Position numbers and translations under genes: made by a program. Below are positions 1 to 12,245 of a stretch of 64,000 bases of DNA, piece by piece (the first letter of the stretch is position 1; each line of letters opens with the position of its first letter). Origin of the DNA: Xylographa opegraphella. Taxonomy: Eukaryota. A model generated the notes under the pieces. That model saw nothing but the letters and a program-made list of their open reading frames with translations, was not told where the DNA came from and searched no databases. Location of the stretch: the NCBI GenBank assembly GCA_022813865.1, contig JALDZX010000024.1, positions 124,001 through 188,000 of the forward strand. Reading direction: 5' to 3'.

Positions 1-3000
1 TGATACCCCCTCCTCACATCCTCCAACCTCCACACCCTCCTCCCCTCTCCCCCCCCCTCGCCCTCAACCAAAACCCACCCCCCCACAAGCACAAGCGCAT
101 TAATCGCAAGCAAATAATCCGCGAGCACATCCCCCCCCGCCTTCCCCTGCAGCCGCTGAAGCAACACAGCCGCGGCGCCGCGGAAATCGCCGCCACGCAG
201 CCGCCACGCGTAGAGGATGCGGTAAAAGGGCGTGGCGGACTCGGGGGCGAGGCACTCGCGGCGGGCGTGCTCGACGAGGAGGGCGTCGACGTCGGGCGCG
301 AGGGCGGTGAAGGGGAGGGCGAGCAGGGCGGCGACGGCGCCGCCGGCGGCCATGGCGGCGACGAGGCCGCGCAGCGCCTGCAGCTGCAGCGCACGGTCGG
401 TGTAGCGGGTGAGGGCCGAGTGGGCGGCGCCGTAGTCGGCGAGGGCGAGGGAGGAGGCGAAGAGGCGGCCGAGCAGGTCCGAGGCTTGCGCGGCGGGGGG
501 CGCGAACTGGAGCGCGCGGCGAGCGAAGCCTTGGATGTGGTGGTGCGCGCGCGCGGGCTCGAAGAGAGAGAGGACGTGTGCGTGGTAGTTGGCTGGGCCG
601 GAGGAGAGGTAGGAGGCGGCGAGGGGGGTGAGGAGGTGGGAGGAGGCGAGGGAGTAGTCGATTGTGGGGTTGGGGCGGGCTGTGTTGGGGGGGAGGGGGT
701 GGTCAGTTGGGGTTTGAGAGGTTGGAGGGGGAGGTGGGGATGCTTACAGAGGCTGTAGGCGGCTTTGTGGAAGAAGATGGTTGCTTCGGTGAATTCGTTA
801 CGGACGAGGAGGAGACGGGCGCGGATGTACGTTGCCCAGGCGGTGGAGGGCTGGAAGATCAGGAAGCTGGACGCGAGGTCGACGTTGTTGTTCTTGAGGA
901 GGTTGCATTGGATGTTGACCAGGACCCATTCCATGGTCACGGTCTGGTCGTTCCCGCCCGTCACCCACTTTAGGAGATCCTCGATGTTTCCTGTCACGGA
1001 CTCACTCTGGGTGATGGTGGTGTAGGCCTGTGGTCTGGTGTCTACCGCGAAGAGGTTTTCCAGAACGGTGGAGAGACGTCCAGGGGTATGTTGAGATGTA
1101 GGATTATCAAACGGCCGGCTTTCAGCCTTTCCGTGGGGATCCGGCCGTTTGGTCGTGGCTAGCCACTCGAGCATCTGATATTGCTTGAGCAGATTCGAAA
1201 CCTCGATGTATACCCGAGCGGCTTCGAAATTATCCAACTGGTGCTCTTCACGATCGAGCTCCATCTCAATAAAAACCACCAAAAGCAGAATATCGGTGAG
1301 AATCTGTTTATGCAGCGCGATCACTTCTTGGGCTCCTTTCACAAGCAATCCGAGGCCAAACTTGGTGGAGAGGAGGCCAGATACTTCTGTGGACATTGGC
1401 TGAAGAAACCTCTGGAGCAATTCCAGTATAAAATCAGTACCGAATGAATCAAGTCCTCCACCGGGCCTCAACGCGACCACAACGTCATCGTACTGTTTGT
1501 CGCTAATCTCATCGGTAAAATTGCAGCTTTCGTAGAAGGATTGAATCTGTATGGGCACAGAATATAGGCTGTCTCGCAAAAGCTCCTGCTGCACTGTATT
1601 GGCGCACTGTAGTTGAAGACCTTCGGAGAATGAGGCTCGAAATTGGGCTGCAACACCGACGAGAATCGCCAAGTCATCCGATTCCGTCTGAAAGGGCACA
1701 TTTGCAGACTCGATAGTACGTTCTGCTGTCTCGCGATCATGTACTATCAGGTCATACACCTTATTGTAAGCCATCTTCTCTACATCGCCGCACGCACGCA
1801 CAGCAGAGCACCCATCACCAAAGGTCAACCATGGCATTCCGGCAAACTCATCGAGAGCAAAGGAAAGTGGCTCCCATCGACTCTGATCCAAGTCGGATAC
1901 GATTGCCCAGAAATTCAGCCATTCGAGATGCGTTTGTTCGCGATATATGCCAGTATCGGCATTTGAAGCATCAAACTGGACCTGTGACCCGACACTGCGT
2001 GCGACCCGTTCCTGCAGGGAGCCTTTGGTGATCTTTTCGGAATCCAGATCTCGTGTACTGTTGTAAATTGTGAGTGCAGTTTCCAGGATGACATCGGACA
2101 CGCGACCTGGACAAAGAATAAAGTCAAGCCACTTTTCAGGGCTATCTTGAGGGTCAGTATCAGACAATTTGGCAGGAAGCTGGACGGGGTAATTTGGAAT
2201 TGCAGATCCAACCACAGCAAGGGACCAGCCCCGTGTCCAGGTCCTCGGAAGGTCCTCCAAGTCCGTTACTCTATGATACAGCTTATATCTGCGGTTCAAT
2301 CGCAGGAGAATCCAGATATCGATGTCACTAGAGCCTCGAACGGTCGTGATCCGGAAGTCAGCCATCATCCACAGGGCTCCGTCATCTGGATCTGGGACCT
2401 TAAGGACAACTTCCGAAAATAGATCTCGGATCCCTTTCTCAGCATGGTCTGCATCACGAACGCCCCAGAATTTGAAAATGCCGGATTGCTGTGGAGAAAA
2501 GGTGACGATATAGTATTGATCTCCACGAAGAGACGAGTGTGCTTCAAAGACTTGCATTACGGTTGAAATGCTTGGGTCTAGCATAATCTTCGGAATTTCT
2601 TGAGGTTCCCGCACCTTATCGAGGAGATCTTTGGTGAACGTGATTTTCCCTGTCTCTATATTCCACGCCTTGAGGGTATGATTCAGGCAAACCGCCAGTA
2701 TATGTCTCTTGTCTGGAGACGGATATGCGGACACAACCATATTTTGATCCAGGACTTGTCCGTCGTGCCGTACCGTCGCGGATCCCTGCCAACGAATAAA
2801 CCCACGTAGAGAAGCACCCCATTGCCCATCATTATATGCTGCCTCCTGCCATACGGAACCATCTTCACCAGCTCTCCGCGACAAGCGCATCAACCGACCA
2901 TCGCTCAGCGACACCAGTAGCTCCAGAGAACTATATGCCACCAATCGATGAGGCGTGCTGATGCTGAAAGAAGATGGTTTGAATATCTTGCACCATCTCT

Positions 3001-3517
3001 CAAGGTCGGCCGCGGACGCTTCCGGTCGGCAGAAAAATTCCGGACGCAAACTCAAGGTATAGATCTCATTGCTTTTCGTAACAACGAAGACATTGAGAAT
3101 GTCCTGATCCGTTGAGTCTGCCAGGGCCACACCACCATGTCGAATGGAACTTGGGAAGGCAATCCGCAATATCAGCCCCGCTTCTCTTTTCTCATGCTCG
3201 TCTTTACTCAGATCCCCAGATCGCAGCTCTAGCACGGAGTTTCCTTCCAGACATCTCCACAGATAAGTTCGTGGATATTTGTGCGACTTCCGGAAATACA
3301 GTGAGCTTGAGCTCGCGATATGCTGGTGTCTATAATCATCTTCTGTTTTGCTGGATGGCAGTGTGTTTAGGATGCGGCGTTGCGGTCGTGTGCTGCGCCC
3401 AAATGCGCTGTTGGATGGGAGCAGTATATGAACTACAGAGTTTTGCTCAATAGGATCAAGATCTATCCGTGTCTCCTTGTGAAGGCCAAGGGATGGCCTG
3501 AGAGGCCTGGACTCCAT
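1..3517 (-). CDS. NUP120: Nucleoporin Nup120/Nup160 family; C-terminus runs off the left edge of the window
   Basis: Long ORF from ATG 3517 with Nup120-like blocks (SSSSLYFRKSHKYPRTYLWR, AVCLNHTLKAWN, GIFKFW). Intron 747-680 (GTAAGC..CTGAC..CAG) shifts the frame to SRPNPTIDY...FYRILYAWRLRGGDFRGAAAVL, which stays open to position 1. Confidence 0.85.
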
Positions 3518-3925
3518 CAGAATTTGCAAAAACCCATGGCGAGCTCATGCCAAGCGCGTCAACAAAAGCCTCGCGAATTTGGAAAGTAGCTCTCAGCCCT
3601 ATATATTTAACAAATGAAGATCAGCCCTACAGCCACGGATTCGTTTTACCTACCAGGGCAACAAGTCACATAGCAGAGGGTATCGTGAAGGTAGAATTTA
3701 CGAACATTTACTAAAACAGAGCACACAGCAGAACCAAGGTCCAAACGCTAGATAGTTTAACCTTCACAGCTCAATAAAGTATCACCACAGCAGCACCATC
3801 ACAAGCCAAAACGAACGCATGATCACAAGGGCCAACCAGATCTTCCCCACCGTACCACTCAACTCCAACCTTCTGCCTCCCAACAGCCACAAACAATCAA
3901 TCAATCTGAGGCCCTATGTCGTAAA

Positions 3926-5249
3926 TCATCTCTTCGCGGCATCACACTCCGCGAGGAAACGGTAGATGCCTTCCACACCTTCATACCCACTCCCCGCACC
4001 CTTCTCTTCCCTGGCAGTTGTCATGCTGGGCACGGAGTCGCCCGAGGTGCTTTCGTAGCCTTCTGCCCATATATTGTGCCCCTCCAGAGATTGATCTTCG
4101 AAGTCATCCGCAGATGTCATTGAACGGGCTGAGAAAGCGGGTGAGTCGATGTGGAACGTAGGCTGTTGTGTTTGAATGGCGGGAGCGAACATGTCGGTGA
4201 TCGATTCGTTATTCAGACAAAGATCGGAAGGGGCGCAGGGGAAAAGTAAAGCCATTCTGACGTCCTTGTCGCCCTTCTGTTCCTCACCGTCGTCGACGAC
4301 CCATCCTTCATCCTCGACCACGTAACCTCGTCGCACCCCGACCTCGTCACAAAGCCCTTCGACTTGTTTTCCGTCACAGCCTGGAAAGCGTACGTTGACC
4401 CACCCGCCTGTCTCCCACTCAATCGGCAAGGCACCATAGGTCGACAAGCGTTGCAGATCAGCAAACACTGCAGCCAAGTCTTGTACGCCACGAGCAAAAT
4501 CTGCGGACAATTCGTCGAGAAGGCCTTCTGCTGTCAGATTTTGTGATTCGGTACTGCCTTTCATGCCAGTAAGGGCGGTGACCGTTGGCGCAACACGGAA
4601 ACGTATACTTGCTCCTCGTGTTGAATTATAGTCGGCTGCTTGGCGCATACGCTTGATGCCCGCATCTTGAGTCGTAGAGACCCTGGCGAAGCGCTTCTCG
4701 CCTGTCTTGAGATCCAAACCCGCGTAATGCGCTCTATGGCCTTCGAGCCAGAACGCCCGAAGTGCGGCCGAGACATTGCTAAGGACTTCGGCGTGGGAAA
4801 TGGGAGTGTGACTGAAGGATCGAACTCCACCCAACGTTGATCGCCCTAGTGTTCCAGTGATACCGGGACGTAGCGGAGAAACAAAGGGAGCATAACGATG
4901 ATGCTGGATAGACCTTGAAATGCGGGATACCGGCAGCGAAGAACGCAGAGGACGAGAGACAGGCTGGGAGGACTTCCGTGAAGCAGCCGTACCATACTGA
5001 CGGAACTGAGAGCGAGCTTGGCGCAGGAGAGCGAGTGGATGAGTGGGATGAGGAGAAGTCCGGATCGGAATCGGCTCGAGAGTCAGGCGCGCGGCCTGTT
5101 GCGAGGGCTTGAAGCGGAAGAGCGAGGTTGCCTTGGCGGCGGCGTATCTGGGAAAATATTAGTGCACAGATGCGACAACGGGTGAAAGGATCTTACTTGA
5201 AGACCTTGATAGCCTTCGGCAACAGGAGATGGCCGCTTGAAGGCGCCAT
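3926..5249 (-). CDS. Conserved fungal hypothetical protein (from recall, family often labelled 'casein kinase II beta 2 subunit'; no CK2-beta motifs seen)
   Basis: ATG 5249, a short first exon, a GTAAG..CTAAT..CAG intron (~5196-5148), then a continuous frame joining ORF 3926-4834 (RSFSHTP, NVRFPGCD, YEGVEGIYRFL). Confidence 0.75.
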
Positions 5250-6128
5250 GGTGTTTTACGATGTAGGAGTGTGAGCGTGTGTACTCAGCGAGTACGTGCG
5301 GATGTCAAAGAGGGGATCCAAGCGTGTCATGTGTGAGTGGCGAAAAAGCCGCTAAAGCAGCTTCCCGCTGATCGCCCGTGGCTTTGAGCCATATCTACCA
5401 GGGTTCCTACTACGGTAAGGTATGGTGGTATGTGACTGTGGTAGGTACCATATGCATAACAGTACTCAAGCCATCATTAAAGTCGACCACTGAACCAAAA
5501 CTTTTACAGCAAGCTGCACAAGGCAAGAGCTCAGCTTCTCCGTCGGTATTCATGTGCCAAACCAAGCGCTATCACAGAGGTACAGCCATAATGCCTCTGT
5601 CGAACGTCACGGCAGTACTCCACCGAGTATTAAACTACGAAACACACCTGGACCGGACATGGTTAAATATGATTTGTATTGATTCCAGCCAAGTATATGA
5701 CAAAGAAGTAGAACAGGAGCTTTCTGAAAGCTACAAAGGATATGGCCAGCCATGATGAGTGAAGCAGATATTAGGTAGAGCGCTCGGCCATATATCAGTC
5801 TGCTCTGCGCGCACAGAAACTCCCGGCAAATGAAAGGTATACGCGTAGAAATCCACTCCTGCAGAAGCAAGTCAAACACAGACATGTGTGAAATGAAAAA
5901 GTGAGCCAAAGCCCGTACCCAACCGTACAGCCCCAAACACCTCAACTGCCCCGCGCCTGTGCTATGAATTACTCAGAACTCGCATACAGCAACGCCGACA
6001 CGGCGACTGCCAAGGGGGTATCGTCGATAACTATCAAATGCCGTCTGAGCCGGTGGCCAGTAACCTTGGTGCCTAAAATAGCGTCCATGAAATGCAAGCT
6101 CTATGCAGTCTACCTCAATGTGTCCACA

Positions 6129-7817
6129 TCAATTCATCTCCATTCCAAACTCATCCTCTTCCTTCAGGCTGAAGCTGCCACGTCCACTGTTGGCATTGGT
6201 CCAGAATTGGGGTTGGCCATGTCCGCCGCTGTTGGCACCACTCCCGCCGGACTGCACGCCTGGACTCAGGCTTTGTGGAGAAAGGGTACCCATGTGGCCC
6301 GAACCATGGTGTCCGAGTGGCTCACCCGCAACATTGGTATGTTTAGGCACCCTGAGCCCAGAGCCGTGGCCACGAGTATAGTCGAATGAATCGGGATCAT
6401 TCTTTTCCATGGCATCCATGAGCTCGGTCCGCATACGCTTCTCGTCGTCATCCTCCGTGAACGGCCAGCTGCCGCCGAGGCTTCTGATAATACCCTCAAG
6501 CTCAGCCTCTTGTCGGTACTTGTTGTAGAGCGCCCACATGAGATCGCGCGTCCAACCAACAGATCCATTGAGAATGTCTCCCTTGTTCGGTCCTTTGTCT
6601 TTCTCTTCGATGGGAATGCCCATGGTGATGTTGCCGGCACCAGTTGCTCGGCGTCCGCCAGCGGCAAGAAGGGACGTCGCTTGCGGCGGACTCATGCCCG
6701 TGGCAGCAAGGGTCGGAGAAAGAGGCGAGTTATTGGCCAGATGTTTCCTGATCTTTTCATCCTCGAGTCGATGTTGCGGCACAAGGTGTGACAACTCCTG
6801 AATACGTTCGTTGATGTTGTCACGACGGCGTCGCTCAACCATGTTGTGAGACTCACGTCGTCGACGCCTCTTGGCTTCTTGTGACTGGTATGCTGGAGCA
6901 GGATGGTGACTTGTATCAACCTTGGCGGGCAATGAGGCAGGCTTACCAGATTTCAGGACTTCGGAGATTTGGGCGTGGTTCGCACCGTGCCCGATGGGCG
7001 AGGGCATGGGCGAATCAACATAGGAGCCAGAGTTGCTATCCCACTGGCCAGAGAGGCTTTTCTGGTGCCGATGCGGATTGAAGTTGGTGGCGTGTATGGG
7101 GTGTGAGAAATTGCCCGAGTCTGGTGTACCGCCAAGATTCAAGCCGCCCAGTGCCGGAGTCTTCGGAGTCAAAGGACTACGCGAATCCGAGGGTTTCCGA
7201 TCCATCCCATGGGGGATACTCGCCCTATGGCGCGCACTCATGTAGCTACTTTCCTCGGTCCGTCCTTGTCCAGGCCCGGAGACTGGACGCATATGGGGTG
7301 ACACATGCTGGGAGTATTGGTGTTGAGGACCAACGAACTGAGCATAATTGAAAGCCCCATTGATGAAAGGACTCTGGATAGGGCCTCCGTCCGGAGTGTT
7401 GGAGTAGATATGCTGCATCTGTTGCTGGCTGTTCACAACTCCCGGGTGACTCTGGTTTGAGAAGAAGCTCTGCATGTTGGTAGGGTCTTGGTGAAGATTA
7501 GCTTGGTTGTGCAACTGCCCGTGTGCTTTGGATGTGTCGTTCAGATCAAGATCCAGTAATTCGTCATCCCTGATTCCGGAATTTCCCATGTGAAAGCTTG
7601 AGGAAAGGTTCTGCTGGGATCCATAGGAGTATTGGCCGAAGGCGCCGTTCTGCATGGTAAGATTGGAAGGATCGACGCTTCCCGCAGCACCCTGTCCAAA
7701 GTGCTGATTCATTGGCAAATTGTAGCCCTGCTGGTCCGCCATGAAGTTGGTTGAGCTGAAGTTCCAGTCGTCTGGTTCGTCCTTGATGAAAGGACTGGAC
7801 GCACCCGTACCGGTCAT
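6129..7817 (-). CDS. bHLH transcription factor, Rtg3/MiT-TFE-like (Aspergillus 'GlcD gamma' type)
   Basis: 562-aa ORF. Basic region and helix 1: RRRRESHNMVERRRRDNINERIQELSHLVP. Helix 2: PNKGDILNGSVGW. Confidence 0.9.
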   Translation of the reverse strand: MTGTGASSPFIKDEPDDWNFSSTNFMADQQGYNLPMNQHFGQGAAGSVDPSNLTMQNGAFGQYSYGSQQNLSSSFHMGNSGIRDDELLDLDLNDTSKAHGQLHNQANLHQDPTNMQSFFSNQSHPGVVNSQQQMQHIYSNTPDGGPIQSPFINGAFNYAQFVGPQHQYSQHVSPHMRPVSGPGQGRTEESSYMSARHRASIPHGMDRKPSDSRSPLTPKTPALGGLNLGGTPDSGNFSHPIHATNFNPHRHQKSLSGQWDSNSGSYVDSPMPSPIGHGANHAQISEVLKSGKPASLPAKVDTSHHPAPAYQSQEAKRRRRRESHNMVERRRRDNINERIQELSHLVPQHRLEDEKIRKHLANNSPLSPTLAATGMSPPQATSLLAAGGRRATGAGNITMGIPIEEKDKGPNKGDILNGSVGWTRDLMWALYNKYRQEAELEGIIRSLGGSWPFTEDDDEKRMRTELMDAMEKNDPDSFDYTRGHGSGLRVPKHTNVAGEPLGHHGSGHMGTLSPQSLSPGVQSGGSGANSGGHGQPQFWTNANSGRGSFSLKEEDEFGMEMN

Positions 7818-10800
7818 GATACCACCGCCGTTGAAGATATCAAAATCGTCGTCCGAGTTTGGTCCTTGATGGATGTCGTGATTCCCAAGGTCGTGGTCAA
7901 GGTGGGGAATCGATGTAGGAGAGGGAAGATCAAGAATCTTTTCAGCTACTCAAAAAGTCAATAAGCTAACTGCCAAAAAGAAAAAACATGATCTGCGTTG
8001 ACGAAATCTGACCACAGCGTATTGGCGGCTCATATGGTGTCCGGAAAAGAGCAGTGCGGAAAGAGCATGCGTGAAGCGTCCAATAGGGAAGCAAGATGGC
8101 CAGTGGGACTTACTAGATACTAGCATTTCCCATTACCTTCTTGTAAAAACCGATCTAGTTGTGGTCGGGCGATATTCACCCTGTGCACTAAGGTCTTGCG
8201 CTAAGCCTCCTCGGAATACTTTTTTGTTACCGAGGTTGATTGCAGCAGACGCGATGGACAACAGCTTGCTTTGGCTGTAGCTGGTAAAGGCCGATTGATG
8301 GAAACAGATGCCAATTCGGGGGATGGGGACAATGGGAAGAAGCAAATGAATTGGCAGAGCGGCAGCTTGCGTCTTAGGCAGGCCAGGTGTTTTGGTATGA
8401 TTGGATAGCAGTGGCTCGAGTGCTACTGTGAGCTGCTAAAATTAGCAGATGGCCAAAGAAACGTAAGCTCAAATACAGAGCTTCGCTCAAAATCTTCGAA
8501 GCGAGTAGTGATGTTCTTCTTGAATAATGAAAATTTTCGGAAATGGCCCAAAGTGGAAGTGGGAGATCGTGACAAAGTCCGTAGATATGGTGTCCGAGGA
8601 ACTTGAGAAGAAGATCCTGCTTATATGTCGGTCTGAAACTGCGCAGAACTGTGGGACGAAGCGTCCATGGAAGAGCGATGATGATTCGATCGATTCCAGC
8701 ACCGACAACCCTGTCGTTGCCCGTTTGCTCCTCCTCCTTGCCCATCTTGAACGGATGCAGCAGCACAGAAAACTCGAGCAAGTGAAATGGCGCTTACCTG
8801 TCTCTCCGATATTCCTGATCAACTATGCGTAACTTCGATACGGTGTCACTAGTTGCACGTCAGCGCACCGTCGTCCGAACCACCTCCGTCAAACTCGAGA
8901 TCGATGTGACGAGTGGAAGAAATTGAAAGGGATGAGATGCAGCGCGTGGTCGGGAAATAAGCACATTGGTCCTAGAGGCAACAGAGACAAAAGGCCAAAG
9001 CCTCAAGGGAATCGGATTGTGACGCATAATGGCGCAGGTTGCCGCCCTTTGCTAGCTAGAACAAGGCAAGAAATGCCCTTGCCCCGGGAAGTTTGATGAC
9101 GAGGAAAACAACGATACATTGTCAATGTTCAGAACAGCGAGCGAGCGAGCGTACTGGCGCACGCGAGAGAATGCGAAGGTAGCAAACACACGAATTGAGG
9201 CTTACCGGTGATGACAATAGGCGGAGCGGAGGAGACCGGCGGTTCGCTCGTGGGGGATGCTGATGGCGGTGACGAAAGCACAGCGCGACAATATGATTGT
9301 CTGGTCCGACCGTAACTGCGAGAGAGAGGAAGGCAGGACGAGCAAACGGAAAGGGCAACTTATCCTGCTCGGGTTTGCTTGCTCGTGCAGCGATGAATGA
9401 TGGAGTTTAGCTTTGGAGACACACGATGGGTGGTGAATGGGCCGGGCGCCTGAGACCGAGCTAGAAGTGGGCGCGGGTGCGACGGTGGCCTCAAGCCCGA
9501 GGAGCTGCAGGTGAAGCGATCAGCGATCAAAGTTCAGCACGGCCGTTACAGTGCGACACAGTCGCAGCGATGGCGGAGGTTGGAATTGCGAGGGGGTTCG
9601 ATGGAGGAGCGAGGATGGCGGTGAGTCGACGACGGAGAGAGTTTGAGGAGGAGCTTCCTTTTTTCGTGCTTAGTCGCAGGAGTGAGAGTTTCTCACTTGT
9701 CGGGTACTGAGTAGTTTTATGAGGTGTGTGGGGGGGATGTGTGTAGGATAAGTGGGTTGTGGCCTCGGGGCGGTTGTGCTCCGGGGGGGTGATTGCGAAG
9801 GATTTATTGGCGGGACGGACTTTAGAGTTGGCGATCCTCGCTTCTCGCTTAGTCGTGTCTTGTTTCCGAGATCCGGCCGCGGCGGAGCGATCAGCCACGG
9901 GCCAAGGTTCAAGAATAGGCAAAGGTAAAGGTAAAGGTAAGGTAGTCAAGAATGGTCAGCAAGCCCAGAAAGCCCAGAAAGTCAGTCGAGCGTGGACGCA
10001 GTGGGTGGTGATCGAAGATGACTGGTCCGCAGCACGACGCGTCTCCGGCTGCTCGGGATGCAGATGATACGCACGAAGCTGATGGTGGATAGTGATGATG
10101 TCGGTTGACCGCTTTGATATCTGGTTTGGATATCTCGTCTGGATATCGTTCCCTGGCGGCGGAAGGGGCCAAGGCGGAGGATGATGTGGTCTTGCGGGGT
10201 GGTGTCGACACGAGCTGGAGGAGCAGAACGCGATCCGATGCGGTGAAAGCAGAAGAGATGGGATGAAATGGAGGATTGAGGAATGGCTCCGGCGCAGAAG
10301 GGCGCGTTCGATGGAGAGCGCGGAGATGGCGACGGACGAATGGTGTAGAAGTAGTCGACGGGCTAAGGACGCACACGAGATCGGATCGACGGTTGGCGGT
10401 GCGACGATGATGCTTTGCGGCACCTTGGGGAAATCTGAGGGTTGAAAATGGGTCGCGGGCTTGGAGGCTTTGGCGGGCGGCGGACGTCAGGTTTGGGTGA
10501 GGGCAGCGGTCGTTACGTTACTCCTTCAGGGTTGGCGACGGGTATGCACCTTGCTTTATGGACAGCTGCACCTCCCATTCGACACGGCCCCGGGTCACTC
10601 CCCCAAGTCATCCACGGTTTCACATCCAACCTCATCATTACTCCCTTAGTCCTACAAGTCTTACCCCGTACACGTCCCACCGCCTGCTGCGACGAGCAAC
10701 GTCAAAAGGGCATCGGGGCCAATGTGACTCATGTGTTTCTCAGGACGGGGGTCAGCCAGCGGACATGGGCAAAGGTCGAGAGGTGCATGTGCTGAGGGCA

Positions 10801-12245
10801 GCAAGGGGGGGAATGGGGGGGGGGAGGATGGAGGGTGCGCGCACAGTATCTGGCGTGGAGGTGGGCTACCTGATAGTAAGTACCGCGCAGGAGCAGGAGC
10901 AGGAGCAGCAACAGCAGTAGCAGCAATAATGTTCAGATACCTCGTGGACGCGAAAAGAAGTGGGGACCAAGGGGAGTCTGGTGTCTTGTGTCTGGATCGG
11001 AGGATGGCTTCCTGCCCACACCTGGACGGTGACCCTTTGCGCCTATATTTATATCGTATTACACCTATATCAACGTTTCGTCCCACTACCGTAGGCAGGA
11101 TCGTACGGTGTGGCGTCCGCGAAGGCAGAACGAACGTCGGTGAAACCTGTTTGGGAGCTTTGGACGCATCTGGCTTAGTGTTGGTGGGGGGGGGGGGAGC
11201 TTGGACGCAGAGGCTTTGGCTGCACACCTTCTTTTTCTTTTTCTTCCTCTTTGTGCTCACTCAGCTCACACCCTTCTGGGCCAACGAAGGAGCTGAACCC
11301 TTCCGACGACGGCGACCATCCCCGCTGTGGTCAGTGTGTACGCTGCTAGACTGGTCCGACCGTCGACCACCACGAAGGAGGTTCGAAGGCCAGGCGTCGT
11401 CGTACTCGTACTTGACCGTAGCTATAGTTAGTCCTTGGCTGAGAAACCAAGACGCCGTCCTTTCTCTGCTTCCCCCAAACACGCGGCCAATCACCGTCGC
11501 GACGCGCCATCCCCCCCCCTCAACCAATTCTAAAGTTGCACCAGTCGTTGCCTGCTTGCATCAAAAGAATCTTGATTCTGCCCCCTCGTTCTCTACGTTC
11601 TCGTGAAGTCCTTGGCTCCCATCGCCATCGTTCGTACATTTCCTCTCTATCGCTGTTGATTTCCACCCCCACTGCTCCGGTACTCACTATCACGAGTCGT
11701 GTGTCCTGCTCGAGGGGAAGCGCATGCCATTCCGCACCAATTGCTTCCGGCGGCCTAAGTTAGTGTGTCGCACCTGGTTCAACGGCATTCCAGTCTAGAT
11801 ACAGACCACCACCTCCACCACCCATCACTGACCACCCGTTGCTGATCATTGTCGCACGGCCTCCCTATCACCGATCGCTTGAGCCACACTTTACCCCAGA
11901 GCCAGAGGCAGCTGCACGTAATCTTCCGCCTTGCCGCCCGCCCATCTCTCGCGGACTTGCAGCACTAGTGGCTCGTGCATGCATCATCGCTCGAGCTTCT
12001 GGACGTCGACCGCTCATCGAAACAACTTGACTTTCGACCTTCCACCACGCGCCCACCGAACCCACGACGCCCACACTAGCGACGAATCCGTCCACGCCTT
12101 CCGCTTCTCGAACTTGCCACAGCTGCGCCCTCGGCAGAAGCGGCTGCGAACGGACTCTATTCTGATCGCTGATAGCTGCTTGCTGCTTGCTGCTTACTGA
12201 ATCCTGAACCCCTTCCCTGGCTCCAAAGCTTCGCACACCTGCTGC

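Noticed and set aside
14..747. Pro/Ser/Thr-rich C-terminus of the 1171-aa ORF
   Set aside because: Artefact of reading through intron 747-680; the spliced frame gives a normal helical Nup120-like sequence.
10731..11606. 291-aa plus-strand ORF
   Set aside because: Low-complexity GC-rich promoter or leader sequence with homopolymer runs and no protein-like features.
11745..11820. Possible tRNA-like segment containing GGTTCAA
   Set aside because: No acceptor stem or cloverleaf could be built.
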